This document shows, piece after piece, positions 9,248 to 19,019 of a DNA stretch of 64,000 bases. Every line of letters starts with the position of its first letter. Position 1 is the first letter of the stretch. This stretch comes from Polyangiales bacterium. Its GTDB lineage: Bacteria; Myxococcota_A; Polyangia; Polyangiales; Polyangiaceae. The notes under the pieces are model-generated. The model saw only the letters and a list, made by a program, of their open reading frames with translations. It was not told the DNA's origin and did not search any database. Where the stretch lies: NCBI GenBank assembly GCA_038231275.1, contig JBBRLQ010000010.1, positions 32,001-96,000 on the forward strand, written 5' to 3'. Both the position numbers and the translations under genes were made by a program.

Positions 9248-10765
9248 ATGCACCCCATCCTGCTCCGCATCCCATTGCCCCACCGGCCGCTCAAGATCTG
9301 GTGGGCGCTCGTCGCGTTCTCCGTCATCGCTCTGCTCTACGGCGCGTGGTCGCAGCGGAAGCAGGACAAGCAAGGCGCGCTCGGCGCGATCCTGGTGGGC
9401 ATCGCGGCCGCCGCGGGCGCCTGGTACTTCCGAGACAAGACCTACGAGGCGGAGTTCGTTCCCATCTACTCGTACGGCGTCATGCTCGGCCTCTCGCTCG
9501 TCGTGGGCTGGTACTTGACGCTGACGCTGGCGGATCGCGACGGCTTGCCCAAGGAGACGATGGCCAACTGCTACGTCTTCACCGCGGTAGCCGCCATCAT
9601 CGGCTCGCGCATCCTCTACATCGCCACGAACCTCGACGAGTTCAAGACGTTCTCCGACGTCTTCGCGCTGCGCCGCGGCGGGCTCGTGGCGTACGGCGGC
9701 TTCCTCGGCGGCTACGTCGGCAGCTGGATGTACCTCTCGCGAAACCGCATCCGCCTCATGCCGTGGGCCGACGTCGCGGTGCCGAGCCTCGCGGCGGGCC
9801 TCCTCGTTACGCGCATCGGCTGCTACCTCTTCGGCTGCGACTTCGGCACGACGCTCGGCAAGGACGCGCCGATGTGGCTGCAGAAGCTCGGCACCTTCCC
9901 GCACTGGCCCGACACGACGCTCGACAGCGGACAAGGCTCGCCGGCGTACGTGCGCCACCTCGTCACGCACCACGACAAGGCGCTCGCGTTGAACTCGTCG
10001 TTGCCCGTGCACCCGACGCAGATCTACGAGTCGCTCTGCGGCCTGCTGCTCCTCGTCATCCTGCTCATGCAGCGGAAGAACCAGAAGTTCCGCGGCCAGA
10101 TCTTCTTCCTCTTCGTGTTCGGGTACGGCGTCCTCCGCTTCCTGCTCGAGGTCATCCGCGACGACGAGGAGCGCGGCACGTACGGGCCGGTGATGGCGCA
10201 GCACGTCCTCATCCCTGGCGCGCTGCTCCTCATGGCGCTCGGCTTCACGTTCGGAATCGCGCTCGGCATCCAGAACGAGCGCGTCCGCACGGCGGCGCGC
10301 GTCCTCGCGCTCCTCACGCCGCTCGCCGCGTTCTTCCTCTTGAAGCCCGCGAGCTTTGGCGAGACCACCACCGTGCAGCTCTCGACGAGCCAGTGGATCG
10401 GGCTCCTCACAGCGCTCGCCGTCTCGTTCTTCTACGCGAGGTTCTGGGAAGAGGCGCGCAAGAACCCGAAGGCCGCGATGAGCCTCGGCCTCCCCGAGTC
10501 GGTCGCCGAGAAGGTGCGCGCCGAGCGTGAGGACGACGAGGAAGAAGAAGAAGAGGCAGAAGAGGACGAGAAGGAAGCGGAGACCGCGAAGGACGCCGAC
10601 GCGTCGTCCGACGACCTCGAGAAGAAACGCAAGACGAAGACCTTGGCCGAAGCGCCGAGCGCGAAGCGCGAAAAGAAGCTCGTCGGCAAGGACAAGAAGG
10701 CCGAGCCCAAGGCCGACGCAGAAGAAGACGACGCGCCGGCGGGCGCGGAGCCCGAGAAGACGTAG
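9248..10765 (+). CDS. lgt: prolipoprotein diacylglyceryl transferase, extended, with acidic/Lys-rich tail
   Basis: MHPIL, IYSYGVM, IGSRILY, GGLVAYGGFLGG, RIGCYLFGCDFG, HPTQIYE, RFLLEVIRDD and LSTSQWIG motifs. Confidence 0.9.
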   Translation: MHPILLRIPLPHRPLKIWWALVAFSVIALLYGAWSQRKQDKQGALGAILVGIAAAAGAWYFRDKTYEAEFVPIYSYGVMLGLSLVVGWYLTLTLADRDGLPKETMANCYVFTAVAAIIGSRILYIATNLDEFKTFSDVFALRRGGLVAYGGFLGGYVGSWMYLSRNRIRLMPWADVAVPSLAAGLLVTRIGCYLFGCDFGTTLGKDAPMWLQKLGTFPHWPDTTLDSGQGSPAYVRHLVTHHDKALALNSSLPVHPTQIYESLCGLLLLVILLMQRKNQKFRGQIFFLFVFGYGVLRFLLEVIRDDEERGTYGPVMAQHVLIPGALLLMALGFTFGIALGIQNERVRTAARVLALLTPLAAFFLLKPASFGETTTVQLSTSQWIGLLTALAVSFFYARFWEEARKNPKAAMSLGLPESVAEKVRAEREDDEEEEEEAEEDEKEAETAKDADASSDDLEKKRKTKTLAEAPSAKREKKLVGKDKKAEPKADAEEDDAPAGAEPEKT

Positions 10766-10771
10766 CGGATT

Positions 10772-11241
10772 TCAGCCTCGGGCGTCGGCGGCGTCGCCTG
10801 CGTCTGCAGCATCGCGCGGCGCGTCGACGGGCGCGTGGCGATCTGGAAGCCGGAGCACGTCTTGTCGCCGCTGCAGCTCGAAAAGTTCGTGCCGCACCCC
10901 TGCGTGTTGCCGGCCCACTCGCACTGCGTGCACGTCAGCGAGCCGAGCGGACCGAACACCTTGTCGCACGAGCACGTCGTCCCGCGCCACCCGGAGATCC
11001 CGAGCACGCACTCTCGGCACGTGTCGCTCACGCCCTCGACGCGCGCGACGCACTCCGAGATGCACGCCGCCGCGTCTTTGGCGCCGCACGGATGCCCTTT
11101 GCTCGGCGAGCACGGCGAGCGACAGTAGTCGGCGGCGGTGGGCGGTGCCGCCGGGCCCGTCGACCGCACCGTGCACGCGGTGACCAACGCGATCGCACAC
11201 GCACCCACCGCAACTCCCCGCCCGACCCGCTTGGTTCGCAT
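10772..11241 (-). CDS. Cys-rich lipoprotein, probably frameshifted near its 3' end
   Basis: GGAGG SD, ATG 11241, lipobox LVTAC and many Cys. The in-frame reading runs on into lgt, whereas an alternative frame from about 10835 gives APVDAPRDAADAGDAADARG* ending at 10772. Confidence 0.55.
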
Positions 11242-11526
11242 GCACCTCCGGCGTGCACCAACTATACCGATCGGGATATCGCTCGCTTGCGCGTGTCGAA
11301 CCCTCCTCCGTCGCATCATTCTCTTCGCACCCGCCGCGCGCGGTTCGCACCCGAGCCGTACGCCCCCCGAAAATGTCGTCCAACAACTCGAATTGTAGAG
11401 TGGGGATTTGTAGTAAAAATCAGGCGGTTGGCGGGCGCGATGCAGGTGTCTATCGTTAGACAACGGGTCGTCGGCGGTGCATCCAATAATGCGCGGCGGA
11501 CGAATCCACCCACGGAGGAGGCCAAC

Positions 11527-13134
11527 ATGCGGGTGCTATTGGTGATGCCGACGCCGTTCGACAACGGACGCCTCGGGTTGGAGAACGTCGTGTGGCTCTC
11601 CGAGCCGGTGGCCCTCACCGCGGTCGGCGCCGCCGTCGGGGGCGATCACGAGGTGCGCGTGCTCGACATGCGGCTGGAGGACGAGGACGCGCTCGCTCGT
11701 GAGCTCGTTCGCTTCCTGCCTGACGTCGTCGGCACGACGAGCATGACCACCGACGCCTACCAAGCGAAGGCGGTGCTGCGCATGGCGCGCTCGATAAGGC
11801 CGGACGCGCTGACCGTGGTCGGTGGCCACCACCCGACGTTGTGCCCCGACGAGTTCGACGAGCCGTACGTCGACGTCGTCGTGCAGGGCGAGGGCGAGCT
11901 GACCTTTCGCGAGCTGTGCACGCGATGGGACGCGCAGCGCGGCGCGAACGATCGCACCTTCGCCGGCGTGAGAGGGGCTCGCTACCGCGACGCCGACGGC
12001 GTCCGCCGCGCGAACGGCAAGCGCGAGCAGACGGCGAACCTCGACGAGCTCCCGGCGCCGGATCGCCGGCTCATCGCAAAGTACAAGGGTCGCTACTTCT
12101 TCACTGGCATTCGCCCGATGGCGTCGATCTTCACGAGCCGAGGGTGCTCGTTCGATTGCAACTTCTGCGCGATCTGGGAATTTTACGAGCGGCGCACGCG
12201 CTTCCTCTCGGCCAAGCGCATCGTCGACCAGATGGAGGCGTGCGACGAGCCGTTCGTCTTCGTGCTCGACGACAATTTTCTCACCAGCAAGAAGCGCGCG
12301 ACCGAGCTGTGCGACGAGCTCGAGCGCCGCGGCGTGAAGAAATACTGGCTCACCCAGGGGCGCACCGATTTCGCCGCCGATCACCCGGAGCTCATCGCCC
12401 GCCTCGCGCGGAACGGGCTCGTCATGGTGCTCTCCGGCTACGAGTCGAACGACGACGACAACCTCGCCGCGCTCCGCAAGAAGAACACCTGGCAGAAGAA
12501 CCAGCGCGCCAACGAGATCATGGCGGACAACGGCATCTTCATGACCGGAATCTTCATGGCGCGCGCGGACTGGACGGTCGCGCAGTTCGAGCAGCTCTTC
12601 GAGTACGTGCGCAGCCTCAAGATCGCGATCCCGCTCTTCACGATCTTGACGCCGCTCCCCGGCACGCAGCTGTTCCACGCGTACAAGGACCAGCTCCTCA
12701 CGACCGATCACCGCCTCTTCGATCTGCTCCACGCCGTCCTGCCGACGCGTCTCCCACGCGACGAGTTCTACAAGCAGATGTGCCGCTTCTACGACGAGAC
12801 CGACTCGAGCGTGCGCGCGGCCTTCGAGGTGTTCGCGAAGCGGCGGACCAAGTTCGTCGCCAAGATCCTCGTTGGCATGGCGTGGTTCTACGCGCGCACG
12901 TGGCGCTACCAGCGCGTGCACTACGACTACCGCTCGTTCCTGCGCGACGAGGAGGGGCTGATGAACGGGCCTGGCGCCAAGGCGGGCCTGACGTGGGAGG
13001 ACGTGACGTACCCGCGCGGCGACGAGCACGAGGCGGAGAAGGCGCAGAAGAAGCAGAAGGCGCCGGACGGCCTCGTGCGTTTGCGCATCCCCAAGAAGAC
13101 GTGGGTCGACGAGCTGGAAGGAGCGGCGGAGTGA
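11527..13134 (+). CDS. cobalamin (B12)-binding radical SAM protein (HpnR-like class B methyltransferase family)
   Basis: GGAGGAG SD; N-terminal B12-binding domain (EPVAL..EVRVLDMR..PDVVGTT..VVGGHHPT); CxxxCxxC motif (SRGCSFDCNFC); DDNF; LTPLPGT; FDLLHAVLPTRLPRDEFY. Confidence 0.92.
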   Translation: MRVLLVMPTPFDNGRLGLENVVWLSEPVALTAVGAAVGGDHEVRVLDMRLEDEDALARELVRFLPDVVGTTSMTTDAYQAKAVLRMARSIRPDALTVVGGHHPTLCPDEFDEPYVDVVVQGEGELTFRELCTRWDAQRGANDRTFAGVRGARYRDADGVRRANGKREQTANLDELPAPDRRLIAKYKGRYFFTGIRPMASIFTSRGCSFDCNFCAIWEFYERRTRFLSAKRIVDQMEACDEPFVFVLDDNFLTSKKRATELCDELERRGVKKYWLTQGRTDFAADHPELIARLARNGLVMVLSGYESNDDDNLAALRKKNTWQKNQRANEIMADNGIFMTGIFMARADWTVAQFEQLFEYVRSLKIAIPLFTILTPLPGTQLFHAYKDQLLTTDHRLFDLLHAVLPTRLPRDEFYKQMCRFYDETDSSVRAAFEVFAKRRTKFVAKILVGMAWFYARTWRYQRVHYDYRSFLRDEEGLMNGPGAKAGLTWEDVTYPRGDEHEAEKAQKKQKAPDGLVRLRIPKKTWVDELEGAAE

Positions 13135-13991
13135 AGCCGGCGAAGGAGTTCCTCGCGGAGTTGCGTCGCGAGATCGAGACGCACCCGGCGACCAACCACG
13201 TCTTCTTGAACCGAATCGCGACGGCGCCGTTCTCGCGCGAGGACTACAAGGTCTTCGGCGAGAATCACTACCCGCTCGTGTGCGTCTTCACGAGCTACCT
13301 CGAGCGGCTCTTGTGCCGCGCTCCGTCGAGCGAGGCGAAGCTGTGGCTGGCGAAGGTGCTCGTCGACGAGTACGGCGAAGGCTCGCGCGGTGAGGATCAC
13401 GCGACGCTATACGGCCATTTCTTGCGTGCGTGCGGGAGCGACGTGCCGGGGCGGCTCGACGTTCGCGTGCCGGGCCCCGCGAACGAGTTCATCCGCGAGC
13501 ACCGTCGCATCGTCGCCGACGAGCCGTTCTTGGTCGGGCTCGGCGCGGTCGGGCCGGGCCACGAGTGGGCGATCCCCAGGATGTTCGAGGCGGTGATCCC
13601 AGGGCTCCGTCGCGCGGGCATCGAGGAGGCAGCGATCGGATACTTCACGCTGCACGTCGATCAGGACGAGGACCACGGCGCGTGGCTCGAGGAGGCGCTC
13701 GCCCTCTACGCGACGACGGAAGAAGCGCAAGCGCAGGTGCGACGCGGAGCGATGCTGAGCCTTGCGGCGCGCGCGCGCTTTTGGAGCGGCGTGCAGCGCG
13801 CGGTCGTGAAATGGCGGCAGCCGCGCGCGGCGAGGCCGGACGGCGCACGCCCCCGATCGATCGCCCACGAGATCGCCCTCACCGCGTGGGACGGATGGCG
13901 GACCGGTCAGCGCCTCGAGGCGGGCGTACGTGCGCTCGCCGAGCGGGCGCGGCCGACGATGCAAAAGCTCTACGCGCAGATCCGCGCGTGA
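13131..13991 (+). CDS. heme-oxygenase-like diiron enzyme (iron-containing redox enzyme, CADD/PqqC-like)
   Basis: GTGA overlap with the radical SAM stop; metal-ligand pattern LVDEYGEG..EDHATLY, GHEWAIP and YFTLHVDQDEDHG. Confidence 0.88.
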   Translation: MKPAKEFLAELRREIETHPATNHVFLNRIATAPFSREDYKVFGENHYPLVCVFTSYLERLLCRAPSSEAKLWLAKVLVDEYGEGSRGEDHATLYGHFLRACGSDVPGRLDVRVPGPANEFIREHRRIVADEPFLVGLGAVGPGHEWAIPRMFEAVIPGLRRAGIEEAAIGYFTLHVDQDEDHGAWLEEALALYATTEEAQAQVRRGAMLSLAARARFWSGVQRAVVKWRQPRAARPDGARPRSIAHEIALTAWDGWRTGQRLEAGVRALAERARPTMQKLYAQIRA

Positions 13992-14016
13992 CGGCCTCGT
14001 CGGGTAAGCTCGCCCG

Positions 14017-14952
14017 GTGAAGCTCGTCACGCGTCGTCGCGCGCTCGCTGCCGCGTTGGGCGGCATCGGCATCGGCGCCGTGGAGTACCTGTCGCTGCGC
14101 GGCACGTTCGACCACGCGTTCGTGCGGCCGACGGACGGACGCGAGCGTTTCGCGCAGAGCCGCACCGAGCTCGCGGCGTCGGCGTCGCTCTCGGACGGCG
14201 CGCTCGTCCACGTCGGGCACTCCACGCACCTCCTGTCGGTCTCGGGCGTGCGGTTCCTCACCGATCCGTGGTTCTACGATCCGGCGTTCGGCGCGCTCTC
14301 GCACGCGCGCGGTCCGGCGACGCTGCCCGAGCAGATCGGGGACCTCGACGGCCTCCTCGTGACCCACGATCACGCCGATCACGCCGATCTCCGCGCGATC
14401 GATCGGCTCGACAAGCGCGCCAAGGTGATCGTCGCGACCGACGAGCTCGCCGCGCGCGTGCGTGCGCTCGGCTACAAGGAGATCTTCGTCCTGCGCGCCG
14501 GCGAGACCATGACAGTCCTCGGCGCCAGGGTGACGGCCGTGCCGGCCGAGCACGACGTCTACGAGGTCGGGTACGTCGTCGAGGGGGCGGGGAGACGCGT
14601 GTACTTTGCAGGTGATACGCGGCTGTTTCCGGGGATGGACGCCATCGCGGAGCGCTTCACGCCGACCGCGGCGATCCTGCCGGTCGACGGGACACGCATC
14701 GCGGGCGGCGCCATGCACGTGATGACGCCGGACGACGCCGTGATCGCCGCAAAGAAGCTCGGCGCGCGCCTGGTCGTCCCCTCGCACGCGGAGGCGTTCT
14801 TCTCCGATCCGCTGGCCAAGTACGTCCTCGCGTCGATGGTGGACGGCGCCGCGGCGGCCTTCGCGCGCGCGGTGGCGACCGGGGTGCCGTCAGCGCGCTG
14901 CGCGGTCCCGCAACCCGGCGAGTTGGTGCCGCTCCCGACCGGTCACGCTTGA
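14017..14952 (+). CDS. MBL-fold metallo-hydrolase (Lactamase_B_2/3 type), possible Tat substrate
   Basis: TRRRAL N-terminus; VGHST, LTDPW, THDHADHAD, PAEH, YFAGDT and VPSH motifs. Confidence 0.88.
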   Translation: MKLVTRRRALAAALGGIGIGAVEYLSLRGTFDHAFVRPTDGRERFAQSRTELAASASLSDGALVHVGHSTHLLSVSGVRFLTDPWFYDPAFGALSHARGPATLPEQIGDLDGLLVTHDHADHADLRAIDRLDKRAKVIVATDELAARVRALGYKEIFVLRAGETMTVLGARVTAVPAEHDVYEVGYVVEGAGRRVYFAGDTRLFPGMDAIAERFTPTAAILPVDGTRIAGGAMHVMTPDDAVIAAKKLGARLVVPSHAEAFFSDPLAKYVLASMVDGAAAAFARAVATGVPSARCAVPQPGELVPLPTGHA

Positions 14953-15000
14953 GTCCGTTGGTTCGCGCGGCAAATCCGAGCTAGAACGCGTGTATCGCTC

Positions 15001-16044
15001 ATGAGAGCCCTTGCCCCGTTTCTTCGCCTCTTCTTCTTCGCCCTCGTCCTCTTCGTGCCCGCGCGTGCGTTGGCCGACAAGGCGGCGGTCCTGCAATTCA
15101 CCAGCGTAGGACAGGCGACGAGCACCGACTTGAACGCCGCGCGCGACGCGACGAAGGCGGCCGCGGTCGCCAAGGGCCACACGCTCGCGTCCGACTCCGA
15201 GATGCTCGCCGCGCAGATGGCCGTCAAGGATGGCACGGCCGACACGAGCGAAGAGTACCGCGCCGCAGGTCGCGCGAGCGGATCGCAGTGGACCGTCGGC
15301 GGTCGCGTCGATCCGAAGGAGGGCGGCTACCGCCTCGAGCTCGAGGCGTGCCAGGTGGAGACCGGGCGCGTCGAGTCGCTCGCGCGTGACATAACGCCGG
15401 CCGACGCGACGGCGGAGATTGGCGAGATGCTCGCGCTGCTCTTGCGACCCGAGGGCATCGGGACCGCCGACATTCCGTGGCAGCACGGGAAGCCGAAGCC
15501 GCCCAAGCCCGTGCCTCCTCCCACGCCGCCGCCGCCCGTGCCGCCACCCACGCCGCCGCCTCCGCCTCCTCCGCCGGCGGTGAAGCACGCGTACGCCGAG
15601 GGGCATCCGCTCGCGCTCGGCGGCGGTGTCGCGCTGACGAGCGCCCTCTCGCGCCCGAAGAATGCGACGGGGTCGCCCACCGCGCTCTCGCTCGAGGCGA
15701 GCGGAGGCTACGCGCTCGACGCGCTCCCCGGCCTCGAGCTGCGCGCCGATTTCGCGGGCTCGGTCGTGGGGCCTGGCTCGATCTTCTTCGACGCCGGCGC
15801 GCGCTACGCGATTCCGATCGTCCCGACGGCGCGTCTCTTCGTGGGGCCCGAGGCGACGATCGGCGCATTTTTTACGACCGGTGGCGATCGCACCGCCCGC
15901 TTCTACGCGCGCGGCTCGGCGTTCGTCGCGCTCGGGATCGGCGAGCGGGTCCAGGTCGATTTGAGCGCGGACATCGCGCCGGTGCTCGGCTCCTCTACGC
16001 TGGTCCTCGCGGGCGGCACGCTGCGCGGCCTCGTTCGGTTCTGA
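15001..16044 (+). CDS. secreted protein with Pro-rich linker and probable C-terminal outer-membrane beta-barrel
   Basis: Signal peptide ending ARALA, poly-Pro linker, amphipathic beta strands and terminal Phe (GLVRF). Confidence 0.65.
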   Translation: MRALAPFLRLFFFALVLFVPARALADKAAVLQFTSVGQATSTDLNAARDATKAAAVAKGHTLASDSEMLAAQMAVKDGTADTSEEYRAAGRASGSQWTVGGRVDPKEGGYRLELEACQVETGRVESLARDITPADATAEIGEMLALLLRPEGIGTADIPWQHGKPKPPKPVPPPTPPPPVPPPTPPPPPPPPAVKHAYAEGHPLALGGGVALTSALSRPKNATGSPTALSLEASGGYALDALPGLELRADFAGSVVGPGSIFFDAGARYAIPIVPTARLFVGPEATIGAFFTTGGDRTARFYARGSAFVALGIGERVQVDLSADIAPVLGSSTLVLAGGTLRGLVRF

Positions 16045-16496
16045 TGCTCCTCGCGACGCCCGACGCGACCGACGCGCTCGGCGTTCGGATCGCCGCGGTC
16101 CTCGTCCCCGGTGATCTCGTGCTCCTCTCGGGAGACCTCGGCGCTGGCAAGACGCACCTCGCGCGGGCGATCGCGCGCGCGCTCGGCGTGCCTGAGGACG
16201 TGCCGATCACGAGCCCGACCTTCACGCTCGTCCAGGAGTACGAGACGAAGGCCGCCCCGCTCGTTCACGCGGACCTCTATCGCCTCCGCGACTCTGCACA
16301 AGGGTTGCCCGTCGAGATCGCGCGCCTCGGCCTCCGCGAGCGGCGCGCAGAAGGAGCGATCGTGATCGTCGAGTGGGGCGAAGGCGCGGAGAACTCGCTC
16401 GGCGGCGAGGCCGATCTGGTCGTCCAGCTCGCCGCGCGCGGCGAGACGAGTCGCGTCGCGGTGCTGAGCGGTCCACGTGCGGATGAGGTAGGCTGA
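16044..16496 (+). CDS. tsaE: tRNA threonylcarbamoyladenosine biosynthesis ATPase TsaE
   Basis: [29 protein letters not shown] and IVEWGE motifs; TGATG overlap with the upstream gene. Confidence 0.95.
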   Translation: MLLATPDATDALGVRIAAVLVPGDLVLLSGDLGAGKTHLARAIARALGVPEDVPITSPTFTLVQEYETKAAPLVHADLYRLRDSAQGLPVEIARLGLRERRAEGAIVIVEWGEGAENSLGGEADLVVQLAARGETSRVAVLSGPRADEVG

Positions 16497-16503
16497 CCGG
16501 AAG

Positions 16504-18915
16504 GTGAGCGAGCCTCGACCGCTCCACGTCGTGCTGGCCGGGCTGCTCGTGGGGAGCATCGCCTTCGCCGTCGCCGCGAGCGCGCCGCAACGACGAGCGC
16601 GCCTCCCCGAGCTTGGCCTGAAGCGCGCCGGCGCCGGGACGCTGCTCGGCGGTCGCGCGACGTCGTTCACGCTGCACGGCGCGCGCGGCGCGATCACGCT
16701 GCGGAGCCGCGACGAGCCGGTCGGACGAGACATCACCGTGTCGATCGTCGTCAACGGCACGCCGCGGCTCCTGTCGATCGGGCGACAGGATCTTCACGCG
16801 TCGGAGAAGGGCTCGTTCGCGGCGGCGATCCCGCTGTCGCTCGGCGGCGAGGAGGTCGGAGCCCTCTTCGATCTACACGTCGAGCCCGAGGACGACGCGC
16901 TCGTCGCCGATCTTCACCTCTCGCCGAAGGGCCCGCTCGCCGCCGCGCACACTGTGGCGCTGCGGATGGAGACGGAGGCGGGCGGGCGGCCGGCGTTCGT
17001 GAGCGGCACCGGCAACCTGGCCGATCTCGGCGTGACGACCGGCAGCATCGTCGTCCTCGACACGACGCCGCGTCCGCTCGGCTTTGCGTCGGCGCGCGGC
17101 CCCCTCGGCGTCGCGCTCATCGCCGAGGACGGCGGCACCGATCCCAAGACCCCGATGCGCCTCGCCGTCACGAGCGCCGAGGTGACCTTCGACGGCACCA
17201 AGGAGTCGACGGTCGGCCTCCGCGTGATCCTCGGCGCGTCGACGGGCGCGATTTGGCGCGGGCTCTTCGCGGCGACGGAGACGCCGACCGCGCGCGTACG
17301 CGGGATCGTGACGGGAACGACCGAGCGCGCGCAGGTGTTCGGGCTCGACGCGGAGGGGGCGCCGCGCGTACGCGTGCAGACCGAGGCGGGCGGCCGCTTC
17401 GTCTTGGATGTGCCCACCACCGTCACGCAGTGGTACGCGGCGCTCGACCCGACACGGACGAGCGCGCCGAGCTCGTACACGCCGGGGCTCCCGTGGGAGC
17501 TGCGCCTCGACGTGTCGCCGGGCGGCGAGCTCGCGATGCGCGTGACCGACAGCGACACCGGCGCGCCGCTCACCGCGCGGGTCGTCGTCCACGGCATCGA
17601 CGGCACACTCGATCCGAGCTTCGGCCCCGACTACCGCGCGTCGGGTGCCGGTCCGATCATCGACTCCCTCCGCGGCGAGATCATGACGCCGCTCCCCGCA
17701 GGCCGCTACCGCGTCGCCGCGACCAAGGGCATCGAGTGGTCGATCGACACGAAGATCGTCGAGATCGTCGGCGGTCGCAGCGCGAGCGCCGAACTCGCGC
17801 TCCGCCACGTCGTCCCCACGCCCGGCGTCGTCGGCTGCGATCTCCACGTCCACGCGCGCCCCAGCTTCGACTCGCCGGTGTCGGTCGAGGATCGCGTGCT
17901 CTCGCTCGTCGCCGCCGGCGTCGACTTCGCGGTGCCGACCGAGCACAACCTCGTCGGCGACTACGGGCCGGCGCTCGAGACGCAAGACCTCGCCAACCAG
18001 CTCGCGTGGGTGCACGGCGTCGAGGTCACCACCTTCAACCCGCGCTTCGGTCACTTCGGCGTGTTCCCGTATCCGCCGGGTCCTGCGCCGCCGTATCGCC
18101 AGACCAGCGTGGGCGCCATCTTCGCCGCCGCCCGCCGCGGCGATCCGAACCGCGTCCTCGTCATCAACCACCCGCGCTTGCCGCAGGCCATCGGCTACTT
18201 CGAGATCTTCCAGTGGGCCTCCGGGACGCCCGCGCCGCCGCCGCGGATGCGCACCGACTTCGACGCGATCGAGGTCTACAACGGGTACGACGCCGCGCGC
18301 CCTTACCGCGTCGACGCAGTGCTGAAGGATTTTTACGCGCTCCTGAACCTCGGACATCGCTACGCGGCGATCGGCAGCAGCGACTCGCACCGCATCCAGT
18401 TCAGCTGGGCCGGCTATCCGCGGACCATGGCGCGCGTCGGCGACGCCGCGGCCGCGGAAGGTGGCGGCTCGATCGACACCGCGGCGGTCGTCGCCGCGAT
18501 CAAGAAGGGGCACGCGACGGTGACGAGCGGCCCGATGCTCGACGTCGACGTGCGCGGCGCGGGGCCCGGCGACGAGATCGAGACCACGGACGAGCTCGTC
18601 CCCGCCCACGTCACCGTTCGCGCCGCTCCGTGGATCGACGTCACCTCGCTCGAGGTCATCGTCGGCGGCCAGGAGGTCCAGAAGACCGCCATCGTCGGGC
18701 GCCCCACCGCCCTCGGCCCCGAGGCGGGTACGCTTGAGGAGGCGCACACGCGGACGATCCGCTTCGACGGACAGCTCTCGATCCCCGTCGGACCGGCCAG
18801 CACGTGGATCGTGATCGTCGCGCGCGGCGCCCGCGCAATGGACGACATTCTGCCCTTCATGCCCGTGCCTCCAATGGCCTTCACGAACCCGATCTGGATC
18901 ACCCGTCCCCGCTGA
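16504..18915 (+). CDS. CehA/McbA family (PHP-domain) metallohydrolase
   Basis: CDLHVHA..SFDS, TEHN, GVEVTT..GHF, INHP, IEVYNG, SSDSH and AFTNPIW motifs, preceded by carboxypeptidase-regulatory-like domains. Confidence 0.85.
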   Translation: MSEPRPLHVVLAGLLVGSIAFAVAASAPQRRARLPELGLKRAGAGTLLGGRATSFTLHGARGAITLRSRDEPVGRDITVSIVVNGTPRLLSIGRQDLHASEKGSFAAAIPLSLGGEEVGALFDLHVEPEDDALVADLHLSPKGPLAAAHTVALRMETEAGGRPAFVSGTGNLADLGVTTGSIVVLDTTPRPLGFASARGPLGVALIAEDGGTDPKTPMRLAVTSAEVTFDGTKESTVGLRVILGASTGAIWRGLFAATETPTARVRGIVTGTTERAQVFGLDAEGAPRVRVQTEAGGRFVLDVPTTVTQWYAALDPTRTSAPSSYTPGLPWELRLDVSPGGELAMRVTDSDTGAPLTARVVVHGIDGTLDPSFGPDYRASGAGPIIDSLRGEIMTPLPAGRYRVAATKGIEWSIDTKIVEIVGGRSASAELALRHVVPTPGVVGCDLHVHARPSFDSPVSVEDRVLSLVAAGVDFAVPTEHNLVGDYGPALETQDLANQLAWVHGVEVTTFNPRFGHFGVFPYPPGPAPPYRQTSVGAIFAAARRGDPNRVLVINHPRLPQAIGYFEIFQWASGTPAPPPRMRTDFDAIEVYNGYDAARPYRVDAVLKDFYALLNLGHRYAAIGSSDSHRIQFSWAGYPRTMARVGDAAAAEGGGSIDTAAVVAAIKKGHATVTSGPMLDVDVRGAGPGDEIETTDELVPAHVTVRAAPWIDVTSLEVIVGGQEVQKTAIVGRPTALGPEAGTLEEAHTRTIRFDGQLSIPVGPASTWIVIVARGARAMDDILPFMPVPPMAFTNPIWITRPR

Positions 18916-19019
18916 CCCCCATCGGGAAGCGGCGCTACGGCGTCGGACGAAAAGGTGGTACGTTTTCGGGGCGGCTTGGACTACACGTTGGGCTGAAATT
19001 TCGGGGGAATCGGGGCACT

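Noticed and set aside
11373..11459. Short ORF MSSNNSNCRVGICSKNQAVGGRDAGVYR as a RiPP precursor for the radical SAM enzyme
   Set aside because: Codon usage is AT-rich and atypical, there is no SD, and it overlaps the likely promoter. The enzyme shows no evident RRE or SPASM domain.
11527..13134. Assigning the gene symbol hpnR
   Set aside because: Motif similarity only; no hopanoid genes in the window and orthology cannot be shown without a phylogeny.
13131..13991. Calling the diiron protein PqqC or TenA
   Set aside because: No pqqA/B/D/E or thiamine genes nearby, and it carries a diiron ligand set that cofactor-free PqqC does not use.
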